Shown: positions 47,289-59,254 of the stretch, one piece after another
How the letters are laid out: each line of letters opens with the position of its first letter
Position numbering within the stretch: position 1 is the stretch's first letter
DNA from: Cladosporium halotolerans
Taxonomy: Eukaryota
Direction of reading: 5' to 3'
Length of the DNA: 64,000 bases
Assembly: GCF_011745625.1 (NCBI RefSeq)
Contig: NW_027191506.1
Location: 1-64,000, forward strand
Made by a program: the position numbers and the translations under genes
The notes under the pieces: generated by a model
Told to the model about the DNA's origin: nothing
Databases searched by the model: none
The model's input: only the letters and a program-made list of their open reading frames with translations

Positions 47289-49880
47289 ACTTGTGATATT
47301 CTATTTCTCTCTTTTTTTTTTTTCTTTGAGAGCTAGATTGAGGCAATGTTATCTGCTATCGACGCCCTTACGGAATAAGAAGGAGAAAAAAAAGATAGTC
47401 GCCTAATGTCACCGGTCATGTTAATGAATGTTTGCCTCGGTCTCCACGCGTTACATCGCCCTCGTGTTTACCAACTTGGCATTTTCTGTGAACTCCTATT
47501 AACGAGCCCGGTTCACTCGATTTAATTTTCAGATTTCGGTTCGTAGGTGCTCTGTAGTCGAGTTGCTTCTACTTTAAACATGTATACTGCCAACTTCGAC
47601 GGCGCCGCCGTATTTCACCGGTCACTGTTGCCCCCACTTTTCGTGTTTGCCTACCATGCTCGACACCAACCATCTCGTATGTTCTTTTCATCTCTTGCAC
47701 CCCATTCTCGCCTGCGGACACTCAGACCGCTGCCTGATGCGACGGGGAGAGTCTGACTCAACTTTTCGCCTGGAGACAGGCTATATATCGCTTTTTGGTG
47801 GACTTTTTGGTCTTGAGCAGATGTGCAGGTCCTTCAACGCCGAACAAGATGTGCGTCGCACATTGACCACGCTCGTACCCGGAATGCAGTGCGATCCTCT
47901 TGAATTTTTGGCCTGGTTCCCAAATGAAGAGCGATCTGTTATGGCTGAGCAGGCCTTTTCCTTCCACCCGCGGCATCGGGGCTGCCATCACTCCCGAGCA
48001 CACCGGCAGCTGCGCTGTCTCGTGCAATCTAGTACCGTGGCCTTCAGCGCTCTGTTCTCTTCATCTTGGGCTCTGAACATCCCCAGAACCCGTTCCTCTA
48101 CAAAACTTGTTTTCGGACACCTGTCGATGCAGCAGTTACCGTCACTGCTGTCCTGGCTCGCCGCACTCGCCCTGACCCTCGTTATCGTCTTCCCGGCTTC
48201 TGGCCCTTCGCCTCGTCTTTGTTTGCCAATCGTCATTTCGCACCCCTACGCCTGCCGACCCTGCCCATCAGCGACAAAGCAGGCGGCGGCAGCAGACGCC
48301 AAGCTTACATTCTCCCCACGCTTGCTGCGTTGACTACCCGTTTCGCGGAACGTCGGCAACGTCGATATTATTCACCCGTTCCACCCCTTCCTTTGGAATC
48401 TCCTTCAGTACTTTGCCACCAGATAGCAAGTGCCAGTGCTCCACGGCATACATGACATTCCTTTTAAAGCCGCTTTCTAGCATTCTGTGCTGTCCTGAAC
48501 TGTACCGACTTTCGAAGAATTCCCGCGATCGAAGCTCAACGACTTTAGACTTCGTAAGCGTCCCTTGTACGTGTCTAATAATCCAGAGCCGGATTCAGCT
48601 AATTGCGAGCAGTCAAGACGGTCGAATATGGGTAGTCGAAACGCTTTCGTCCTAAAATCTCTCCAACAACATTCATGGACGCGCGCCCAATTCACCTCCC
48701 GCAGCAACCTGCCTTGACGAGGTCTGAGATCAAGTTGTGCTCGTTGCAATTTGATCGTTTTCTGTCGCGTTATGCCAACTCCTTGTCGGCACTGAGGAAT
48801 CTGGCGCGTCTTGCAGAGTAGGCCTGCGAATCGGACGGTGTTGCGAGTGCATCCGCCTTGGTTGCAGATGCAATCTATCGTAGACGCATGGAGAATGGTC
48901 TTGCCTCAAGAGGCAAGGTTTGAAAAAGAAATAGATAAGAATGCAGAAGCTAAGGTGGTGGCTATAGCGAAAGACATGGCTATGCAAAAAAGTTGGTACA
49001 CGTGTCGGATGAAAAGCTAGAGGCTGCTGCACGAGAGCTGGCCGCCATCACAAGAGAAAATGATGATGGCTATACTGCGAGGGTGGCAGATATCTCATTT
49101 CTAGCCTTGCCACAGCCTTCATCAACAGGTCTACAGATGAGCCCGCAAGAATGGGCTTTGAAAGATGGTTTTCCTAGATAGCTTTGAACTTCGCCTCGAC
49201 CGCAGACTCGGATAGATTATGATTCTATGTTTGACGACCTTGAAAATGGATGAATTACACAGTCAGAAAATTTGTGGTCGTCAGGTTGATCCCATTCTCT
49301 AAAATCAACAATGCGAACTAGTCAGTGTAGAGCCAATATTACATTGTGCTGCGAAGTTTCGGTCCGGCTTCTGCCGATGGTTCTGCGACGTGTTCAGCAA
49401 GAAATTTTTATCTTGGGTCAGCTTCGGTTATAGCGTGAGCAAATTCTTTCAAATACAACGAAGAGAAACAGACGGCTGGTCTCGGCAAGCATTGGTTGAT
49501 GTGTTAATGGGATTAAACCTTCCTTTCAGTAGCCCGCTGGGATGGCTAACAAAAGCAGCCTGCAGACCTATTCCCTGAATCATCCACCCTGCGTCTTTTG
49601 CTAGTCCCATTTCGGTCTGCCGTGAGCGGGACCGAGCCATCGGACCGGTAGCAAGCCTAGAGCCATTACAGTGTAGTTGCCCCTTAGCATCTTTGAAGGC
49701 GCGATGGCCAAGGCGCATGCCCAAGAGACGCGCCCGTGTGTTGCCGTCAGGGATACACGGGCTCGCGTGGCTCTGAAGACGTCGGGCTTTGTGTCGTTGT
49801 TTTTGGCATCATTACGATTGCGATTCGTGGAAAAAGCCTCAATATTTCCAGGACGAGCCATCAAACGCCTTCTTTCCGAC

Positions 49881-51420
49881 ATGGACGTCTTTGAATTTCT
49901 TACTAACTTTAGGGTAGTTGTGTGCAAGCTGTGTCAGAGCGCTGCCTATCCATCAGCTATAGGTACGCATCTCCGGCGTTCACACGCACGGTACAACTCT
50001 AGTTCGGCATCGAAAATCGAATTCGGACTTTAATCAAAGGAATACCACCGAAGCTTTTGGAAATGTCTTTGCTTACCGCGTAATGAGCCGGTCGCTGTAT
50101 ATGCAATAGACCAGACACGGCTCCTCCATTTGCGCGTCTACAACGGGTTTGGCTGCAACTACTGTTCACTCGTCTCGGCAACGGTGGACAAAATACGCAA
50201 ACATTATAACGTCGCGCACACGCCGGAAAGAAGGAGTAGCGACCGACGTAAATCTTCTGAACCTCGCACTGTCCGTGAGCACTTAGAGCGGGAGCAGTTT
50301 GGAAAGAATACACATTGGGAGGCTGTCAAGTTCCAGCGCTTCTTTCGATCCGGACCTGGAATTTCTGGATCTCGTAACAATCAAGATGGGGACAGCCTTC
50401 GGACATGAGCTCGTCACAAGATGAACCAGGCGACAAAGAACTTACAGAAGCAACTCTGTCGCAAATGAAGTTTTCAAGACTCTTGATGCTCTCGAACTGG
50501 AACATGCACAGGGAGAGTCCGTGTTCCAACATGCCCCGACCCAGACGCAATAGTCTCCATGATTGGATAGAATTCGATGGCCGAGCTTTCTGAACGGTGT
50601 CTCTCTATACGAAGCTGCCTTATGCGACTGCCTGAAAAAAGTGAGCTAGTCCTATCCGAAGTTATTCTATCAATAGACCGTTTAGTATATTGGTCGAGGC
50701 TGCCCACGCTGCTGTCAAACAAGATAAGAAGAATTCTTCGCTCAAAATTGCATTAGCTCGTTTCCGCCCAGCAAGAGAGCATACAGCCAGCCTTTGATGG
50801 TGAAGCTCCAAAGGTCCACAAACCAATGCTGTGAGGATTAATGGAAGCGCCTTGTCTGCTTCGTCTGCCGATCTAGCGACTCCTATGAGGGACCACGGCT
50901 CCGACATCGATTGACTAGCCGGCAGACGGCCCTACTCGATGAGCTTCTCGCTGTCACCAAAGATTTGCTTGACAGACGCCCGGTAGGCGGGGGTCTTTCG
51001 AATGAAGCTATAGCGCCATACCTTGCAACATGGATAGACGACCTGTGTCTAGAGTTTTGTATCGCCGCACTTGGCCATCAGCTGAAGGCGGACATTTTTG
51101 AGAGCGTCGTATGCGGTGTCGGGAATTGATGCTGCCAGATCAACTTTCTTTGAGGCACCGAATTACATATCAAAACTATCTGATTATATCAAGATCGGCC
51201 AACTGCTTGTCCTCGAAAAGGCTGACTGGGGAGTGGAAAGCGGTATCGTCACAAATAGTTGGATCCTCTCGATGATGTGAGGGAGCGATTCATGACTATC
51301 AGTAAGTGTATACCATTTGGTTGGGCAGTGTCGATAAGATCATTTGGCAAGAAAGTCCGGGATACCGTCACATCTTTGGGGTACATTCAGTGGCCTGAAG
51401 ACGAGCAAATAATCTTGACA
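49881..51420 (+). pseudogene. Degenerate DUF3505-YR family gene, N-terminal half (copy C)
   Basis: MDVFEFLTNFRVVVCKLC...THLRRSH, GFGCNYC...RKHYNVAH, VKFQRFF, YISKLSDYIKIGQLLVLE and RERFMT...GYIQW. It has many frameshifts. Confidence 0.78.
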
Positions 51421-51499
51421 TCGCATCTTGATCCTAGATGAATTTCTTTTCCGCCGTCACCCTTGTGTCTCCGAGCTCTTAACCACTTATCCCTTTTCA

Positions 51500-52170
51500 T
51501 TTCTTATTCGACCTCTTGTTTGGTTAAACTCGCCTTCGCCGTGTCCCGCCCTTCTTCCATATTGGATACATTCACGGTGCAGTATAGTGTGTCAGTCGGG
51601 GTCGACGGGGTCGTCTGATTGGGGAGCGTCCTCAGGTTTCTAGAGCAGCTGCTCGGCGGTGTAAGCGCGACGTCGGTGTATGATGGGTTGGGGCTGGAAG
51701 GTTGGATGCTGGAAGATTGCTTCTAGACGATAGCCGTGACCTGCTCCGAGACGATAGAGGTGACGTGCTGTTGAACTATGCTAGTGACCTGCTGTGGGAG
51801 ATAGTGACCTGCTGCTGAAATATGGCAGCGAGATGTTGGCAAATAGCCGCAGCGACTTGTTTATTGACACGATTCATGGCTTCACCCCAGATATACTCTG
51901 GACCTCATGTCGCACCACGTTGTTGACCTCGCTGCGCACTGTATCATTCACCTATTCCTACACCGTCTTCACGACCTTTTCCCGGATGGCATCTACTGAT
52001 GTTCTTTCCACGGCAATCTTGACTCTCTCGAACCACATTTCTCAGCTCATTCGATATGGTCTCTCTGATTTGTTCGGTGTCCGCTCTCTCGCTGATGGCA
52101 ACCTGCAGAAGCGCAAAGCGCTCATCAACAGAGCCGCCCACCAGCGACAGCTTTCAAGACTTGGTTCAAC
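51500..52170 (-). mobile_element. Degenerate LINE ORF1 fragment from the same family as the LINE at 1804
   Basis: SVDERFALLQVAISERADTEQIRETIS matches SVDGRFALVQEAIEQVPDIGQVKETVS. CAGGTCAC repeats and a CCCAACCCATCATACACCGACGTCGCGC segment resemble 2490-2640. Confidence 0.8.
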
Positions 52171-53306
52171 CGATACTTCGAAGTGTCGCTGCTTGTCCCA
52201 GACACTTGAGGCAGATCTGCCTCTTTTGCAACGTTCCTCGGCGCAATTTGCGATAGAACTAGTCGAACTCGGTGCGCGAGACGCGTTGCCGGCTTGGACG
52301 CGTCAGCACGGATGGCGCAATGGCGGCAATTCACAAGAGTGCCAATAAGACACGATACTTCCGTGGAAGACAGTTTCCTTCTCAATGATACAACAAAAGA
52401 GCTTGTCGTTCCCCATTTGTATGACGCAGGGCGAATTGCAAAACGCGTGGCAATGGCGTTCAGTACGCGAACTTCTGCTGGTATGCAAAATGCGCGCATA
52501 TCCGGTTCGTGACGTTTGCGGATTTGCGGATCTCTCTCCAACGCACATCTGCCCATCCGTAGGCCGCGGAGCATTTCGAATGCAGCGAGCCCGTCGACTG
52601 GGAGATCACCGACATAGCAAGGTACGATCACTGCTGCAGCGGCATCACAAACCGGCAGCGAAGCGAGAGCCGCGCTGTCACGGTTTGAGGGTGTCATGGC
52701 GGATGCTCTGGTTCAGACCTCGGGTGGACGCGTGGCCTGCCTCGTGACGAGCCCAACTGCGGTCAGTACTTCAGTCGAAACGTCGATATTGAAGAACTTC
52801 GTCATGTATCTCGCTAGCCATCCGCTGCAGGTCTGTACTGTCGATGAGACTGCATGCGCTCGCAGCAATAGGCGTCGCATCTTCAAGGCCTGTGCCGTCT
52901 CACCGCGTCACACTTAGCGCTGCTGTGAGGGAACAATGTACGATGTATTACCATTGTGGCTAGGTTCAACAAACAGCATCTCTCTCGTGGGCTCATCTCC
53001 TGTCTGTTTCCGAATCTCAATTCAGAAAGTCTCTACACCGGGACACACGCGAGTTATGCACTGTCGTTCAATTGACAAGGCACGTGGGAGCACAGGAGAG
53101 TGCGTTAACGAACGAATTGTGGTTTCATCCAATGCTAGACAATTGCCTCCATTTTAACTTTGCTAGCAGATCAGGGATGACAGCTGCGCGCGTCAATATC
53201 ACGCTGTTGTCGAGCGAAGAACGAACGGCTATAGCGACATTAGGAAACATTCAAAGTAGGGATATAGAAACGGCGGCGTTTACAAGTTATATGCATATCG
53301 AAAATC

Positions 53307-53573
53307 TTAAACATTCTCCTTACTGGCCTTGGCAGAACCTTCGTGCTTCTTCTGATCCACCTTGTCGGAAGCAGCGTCTAGAGCACCCTCGGCACGGCCG
53401 GTAAGAGAGGTGTCGCCAGCGTCGCCCTTGGCTTGTTGCTTGTTCGCTTCTTTGGAAGCTTCAGCGGTATTGCTGTGTGTGGATTCGGAAACATAATTGG
53501 CGGCGTTCTTGACAGAGTTGGCAGCCTGGCCAATGATGCCTTCATTGGGCTTGTTGACGTTCGGAGCAGACAT
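53307..53573 (-). CDS. grg1: Grg1/ccg-1 family glucose-repressible small hydrophilic protein (88 aa)
   Basis: VKNAANYVSE...ASKEANKQQAK...DAASDKVDQKKHE matches the recalled Neurospora CCG-1 pattern LKNAANYV...ASKEANK..AK...DAISDK. Confidence 0.85.
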   Translation of the reverse strand: MSAPNVNKPNEGIIGQAANSVKNAANYVSESTHSNTAEASKEANKQQAKGDAGDTSLTGRAEGALDAASDKVDQKKHEGSAKASKENV

Positions 53574-54039
53574 CTTAATGCAATGTGACAAGCTTATCGA
53601 CAAGCGCTTGTGATTGGAATGAGGTTGAGATTTAAGAATGCGGCCAAGCTGGGAAGCTACATTGATAGAGCGAATTATGTGGTTGACTGTGTCGTAATAA
53701 GTATGTCAGTTAGGCTAAGGTGAGCTCTGTCATCACGGTGACGTATGCTCCTGTCCCAGATCGCTTGCCTTGAACGTGGGTAGCTTGAGGCTAATCTGAT
53801 TATCATTCCTGACCATAACCAATTGGTTAGACTACTGCAAACAGACACAGGCGCACGCGTCACTACGCGGAGCGCGTCGATCGTTGTAGCTCGGTGTAGC
53901 GGACTATGCATTACACCAACTCACCCTCTATCACCCCATGTCACAGCGAACTACGTCGACAGCTTCCCACTTTTCGACGTTGGCGAGTCTGTACACAATG
54001 GCGCATGGCCAAATGCCGTCCTACTCAGCAACACATCTA

Positions 54040-55900
54040 TGCCGATGTTTGTCAGACTATCGCATACTCATCTGTCTCGGTTGCAATTATGCCGTCCCTC
54101 TTGCCAACCTTCGCAACTATGTACGGACACACCAGCGCGAGCGTGGCAGTGAAAGCGCCCGCGAGTGGATGCAAGATCTCTCGCGTTTCGACTTGCTCGA
54201 TCCGACTTGTGAGGCCGTGAAATTCCCACTTCCCACTGCTCTCCGATACCTGACCTTCCTGGGTTCGACGGGTACGCCTGTGTCGTGTGATCCTTGGCTG
54301 CACGTCAGCTTTCATCGATGAAAAAGCATCACCGACAAGCTCGCCCTTCAGACAAAAAGCCTGACCGAACGTGAGCTGCGTGCAAATGTTATCATCGGAA
54401 TACCCAACGACGGGTGTCGACCAGATGTCAGCACTTCTTTGTGCGAGGGCCACAGAGTGCATAGTTCTACGTGAGCGGAACAAGCGCTATGAACCAGCAA
54501 AGTACATCGAGCCAATCCCCGACGGAGTCGCCCGAGCAGCTGCCTCTAGGAGGCCAGATGCTGGAACATGTTCTAGCTGAGCTGGCAGCATCCGAGATGC
54601 AGCTCGAGTGAGCAGCAGACGGAATCTCGAGCGATGAGCCCTGAACCGAGAATATCGCAGTGGTTGCGGATGACACGATGGCCTCGATATCTACAGGGTC
54701 ACAAATCATCCCTGGCAGCTCCCCTCACAAGCCTTCCTATCGCGGGAGTCGGACCTTTACTCGACGTGTTTGTTGCGAGCTTGGACCGACTGGTCGATCA
54801 GGCGCGCGACTCTTTTTCGGAACAGAGAGTGAGTGTCTTCGACCAGGCCCTAATCAAGCGGGTCTTCCCTGAGCACAAAAAGCATCGGACTCCAGCCCTT
54901 CTTACGCTTCGAGGTCAGATATGTCGCAAGGACACTGGTATTTGGGCTTGGCTTATATGCTTTGCATATCAAACATTCCAACCTTGGGGGGACAGTGACC
55001 CAATGGCTGAACTGACTCACCGGATAACAAAGACGCAGGCTAGCAATTTACAAAATCTTACGAGCCTCGGCCGCCGGTTTCTTTGAGAGGATCGAACACA
55101 ACCGCAGATGATCAGACACAGATCTTACTCGATCGCACATGCTTGCTATTCTTTTTATCCTTGATCGATCGTGTGCTTAAGAGTGACCTCTTAGAAACCG
55201 TGGTGGTGGGTTCCCTAGCAGTCACCGGTATTGACGCGAAAAAGCAAATCGTTTGGTTGCCCGCAGATTTCACTCCGCTACTTTCAGGTCCAATCACAAT
55301 CGGTCAGATGCTAGTGATGCAGTGAAACGTAGTCGCTATGAAGCGCGGGAAGAGAACCTCTCCATCTGAGATTGTTACACCGGATGTACTCTAGACTCCT
55401 TGCTGGCCATATTTCCTTGCCACTGAGATGGGCTATCTGGTTGAGGGCTTATGATAACAAGATGAAAAGTGCTATGACAGTCGCAGGGACCTTCTGCAAG
55501 TCCGACAACGATAGCGCAGAAACATTGAAACGGAGCGCGGAAATTGCCTAATCCTATCTAGACCGGGTCGACTCCTTTCTCGAACGACTTTTGCTCCTCG
55601 ACCAAACAACCTGCGGACAGCCAGCGCGTGGCACAGAATTACACACGCTCTGCCATAGCAAAGGACATCTCGGGAGCCATCGAAACATCTTCGTCGAGCA
55701 GGGTCTAGTGGGTACAGTCACTGCATATCAAAAAAGCTATAGTACTACCGGATTCACAACTATTTACCTGCGCGAGTAGGGGAAGCCCACGCCTACTATC
55801 TTTGGGTATTCCAGCCCCCTTACTAACAATTGAAGCTCTTGGCGTTTCGTAATACTAGCGCACCGTCACCTTACCTCTGGCTTGCAGGGAAGAGTAGCTA
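54040..55900 (+). pseudogene. Degenerate DUF3505-YR family gene (copy D)
   Basis: YRILICLGCNYAV, ISQWLRMTRWPRYLQG, FTPLLSG.ITIGQMLV, CGQPARGTEL (catalytic-type R), RNIFVEQG and TAYQKS. It has many stops and frameshifts. Confidence 0.78.
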
Positions 55901-57928
55901 GAGCGCAATGCGGCTGTCAAAGGTACGCGAGCGGAAGTCTTCCATACACATCTGTCTACAGGCAGGTTGCGATAGCCATGTCTCGAGCACATCTTCCAGG
56001 CGCAACTTTCAAGCGCTAGCAATCTATAGAGCAGCGAGTGCTTGACCGTCAAGCTGCCCGCAGCTCCTGGCAGGCTGCATTGACGTATGCTCGCGAGGTT
56101 GGTGGCTGCGACGGTTATGTACACAGACAAGGGAACAGTATCGGAAATCAAATCCTTGACATCGATTTCACGGATTTGAAGGCTCTGCCATGGCACCACG
56201 CCAGAGGGCCCTTCCCGATCTTGTGAGCGTGACCAAGATTTCAAACAAACGAGGGAAAGGTATGCTACCTACAACTATTTCAGCCTTGAGAGCAGTGCGA
56301 AATTTTTACACAAGAGCGATAGGAATTGTTCAGATCGCAATCGTGTATCGTGATACGGCCCCTGGAGAAAGATTGTGAAACCCAATGGTACTCACGATCA
56401 GTACGCGTCTTGTTCTACGAAGAAATTTCAGGTTTCTGGCTATACCTATCGAGTTTACTCCTGAGCTGTGTCTGCATGACGATGGCCTGCAATATCTGCT
56501 ACATCAGGATATGCAATATGATACGTCTGTCGAAACATCAAGATTCTAAAAGAGCTTTAGCGAAGAAGAGACAGCTGTAAGGCCCAGCATACCAGGGGTG
56601 GGTTCAGCTATATGCAGAGGGAAGGCATAGCTAGGCAATTGGTTAAGGCGACGTGTGAGAACCGCGAGTAATGTCTCCTTTTAAATCCCTAGTACAAAGC
56701 TACTTCGAAGTCTGTTCGCCAGATGTACGACTCCGAGAGCTGAAAACCTGCATCACAAGTGCGGCGGCCGGAGTACGCGGCGATTCATTTACACTAGAGC
56801 ACCAACGTAAGGAATGTTACGAAACGCTACACAACCCTGCCGCAAAAGAAGGCCTTCCTTGACTACAGCTCACGCGATGACCTCTATATCTATATGGGCA
56901 CTGCCTTCTCGACTTCACTGCACTAGTTCGCAGCCAGATGTCAAGCCCGAGGGTTAGGGTTTTAGCCTTTAAGGGTTCATTGACTGAGTTATGAAGCTAG
57001 TCTACCTTTGCACCTGATCCAGCACGCGACAGAATGCGAGCCATTTGTTTCGGCTTTGAGATCTCTTCTAAGGAGGGGGGCACTTTCTATACATGATGGT
57101 ACCCTGAGAGAGTGTCACGGAAGGAGTTCGACGGTGAATGTAAAGGAGTTACCCTACCCACAATCCTACCCACAATCCTTGCGGGCGTTAGTGGTGTATA
57201 GCGCACGAGAGCGAAGGAAGGACGAGGTCGAAGGGGCAATGTCGCAGGGCATGAAGCGAGAGGAAGCAGAGAGGACTGCGTCGACGGTGTTGCAGAAAGT
57301 AAAAGCGTCGGTGCACGATTTCATGACACTACCCACAATCCTTCAAAGCACGAAGGGTTCGTTCCTTGATAATGTATGGGCGCACGGACCAGCGAAATTC
57401 GCGAGAGGGGGTAGATTCCATGAAAAACGAGGGGTAGGTGGAATGAAAAGTACTGAGTTGAGAGTCACGAAAATTTGCCAAACTTCAATTCGCCATCACA
57501 TTACTCGAAGAATTTTTCACACGGGTGTAATAGATGCTATCTTGGGGCTGTTGTGATGGATCGAAATCTCACAAGTCAAGTTTGAAGTTGCACCCGGAAA
57601 GCCCAGAATAAGGGTTAGGGTAGTGTAAGGCTGAACGGTCATGCTGTCACGGTCGGTAAGCGCGCGGCTAGAGCGCTTTTCGGAGAGCATACAGATATAT
57701 GATTCGGCGTGGAAAAATGCCGTCAAAAGATGCATAGAGGGCATCGGGCGTTTGATTGACTTGACCAGGTGCTGAGTAGATAGTCAAGCACTCGATCAGT
57801 AGAGAACACGAGAGCGTCCCACTTGCAGGGGGTGTGAAAATTTGTGCCAGGTATAGATACCAGGGGCGAGATAGCACTTTCTTGCAACGAGCAACTTGTA
57901 AAAGTCCCAGTATCTCACGCTAGGAGCC

Positions 57929-58135
57929 ATGGACACATTTGAGAAGCTATTCGTTCACTATCCGCAGTTTCAAGTCATCGTCTGCAAACATTGTCAATTT
58001 GCTGTTGTTCCCGGTCAGACAAAGGCGCATTTGAGGCAAAGCCATAGCGCTTTCGCATTGAGCGTCAGGAGAGAAATCGAAGCATTCGTGAACACACTCA
58101 CAGACGTTGCGCATCGACACGAAGAAGTCTACCCC
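57929..58135 (+). pseudogene. DUF3505 N-terminus (copy E), cut off by the AT-rich block
   Basis: MDTFEKLFVHYPQFQVIVCKHCQFAVVPGQTKAHLRQSH. Composition switches to CpA/TpG-depleted DNA near 58130-58160. Confidence 0.82.
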
Positions 58136-58654
58136 CCACGGGTCCCCGGTGAGACCGGGCCCTCCCCTACTTATACCGGTCCTCGGATAACCCCGTCGAT
58201 CCTTCGATTTTTACCTCGACGGCTATCGTAGCTACGGGGCTCTACCTATTTTTACTATATACCGGATTACTTAGACTATAAGGGAAAAATAAAGTCCCCC
58301 TTCTAGAGCGGATTATAGAGGCTAGAAAAATAAATAGGTCGAGGGAGCTAAGTATCCCGAGGCTAGATATTCCTTATATCTTAGCCGTCTTAATTTTCTT
58401 AGGCTATTCCTATTTTTTTACGGTAGTATAGGGTATATACTACTTATACCCTAAATATCTAAGCCGGAGAAAATCTAATACCTTTTAGAAAATTAGCCGA
58501 AGGATACTTAGGAGGCCTAGGGTTAAAGTACCTATAATTCCTTAAGTATATATATTTAGAGGGTAACTCTTAATATAATAAGCTTAGGGAGGTAAACTCT
58601 ACCTAGTATATAAGTATAGGTATCCTAAGTCTCTTACTTTTAGATATAGTAAGA

Positions 58655-59150
58655 TTAGGGTTAGGGTATATTTAGTATAATACTTAGCTAATTTTATCTC
58701 GAGCCCTCGATTTTTTTAGAGCTTAATTCTATTTTTCCTATATAGTCGAATACTAAAAGAGTCTAATAAAAATAAAAGCTAAATAGGAAAAAATCGGAGA
58801 GGCGAGATAAATTTCCGGTAAAATATCCCTTATAATTTAAGGGCGGATATTAAGGTTATAGCTTTATCTAGATCGATCTTAGAGATAGATATATCTCAGA
58901 AATATAAGCTTAGGGTAGCCCCGGTCCCCCTAGGGTAGTTTATAGATTTAAATATAAGGATATAATAATTATCTCTATTATACTCCGGTTAGAGGTAGGG
59001 TTAGTAAAGTATTTAGCTAATTTTAACTCGAGACCTAGATTTTTTAGGGCTTAGCCCTATATATCCTATATAGTCCTATACGGATAGAATTTAGGAAAAA
59101 TAACGGTTAAGTAAATAAAAATCGGAGAGACGAGATAAAATTCGATAGAG
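58655..59150 (+). repeat. Two diverged ~170-bp direct repeats (period ~335), each headed by a TTAGGG-like motif
   Basis: TTAGCTAATTTTATCTCGAG...CCTATATAGTC...AAAATCGGAGAGGCGAGATAAAATT (58684-58813) matches TTAGCTAATTTTAACTCGAG...CCTATATAGTC...AAAATCGGAGAGACGAGATAAAATT (59013-59142). Confidence 0.8.
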
Positions 59151-59254
59151 TTTTCTACCTTTTTTTTAAAGAAAGTATTATCTAACTATTACCTATATTT
59201 AGAAGATATATCCCGCTAAGTATTAAGAGATCTATAGGAATTATCTACTTTTCT

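Noticed and set aside
47400..49800. Several 60-230 aa ORFs
   Set aside because: No motifs were recognised and the frames overlap inconsistently.
57008..57556. 182-aa ORF with CTACCCACAATC repeats
   Set aside because: It starts at TTG and has no domain. It is more likely noncoding element-terminal sequence upstream of copy E.
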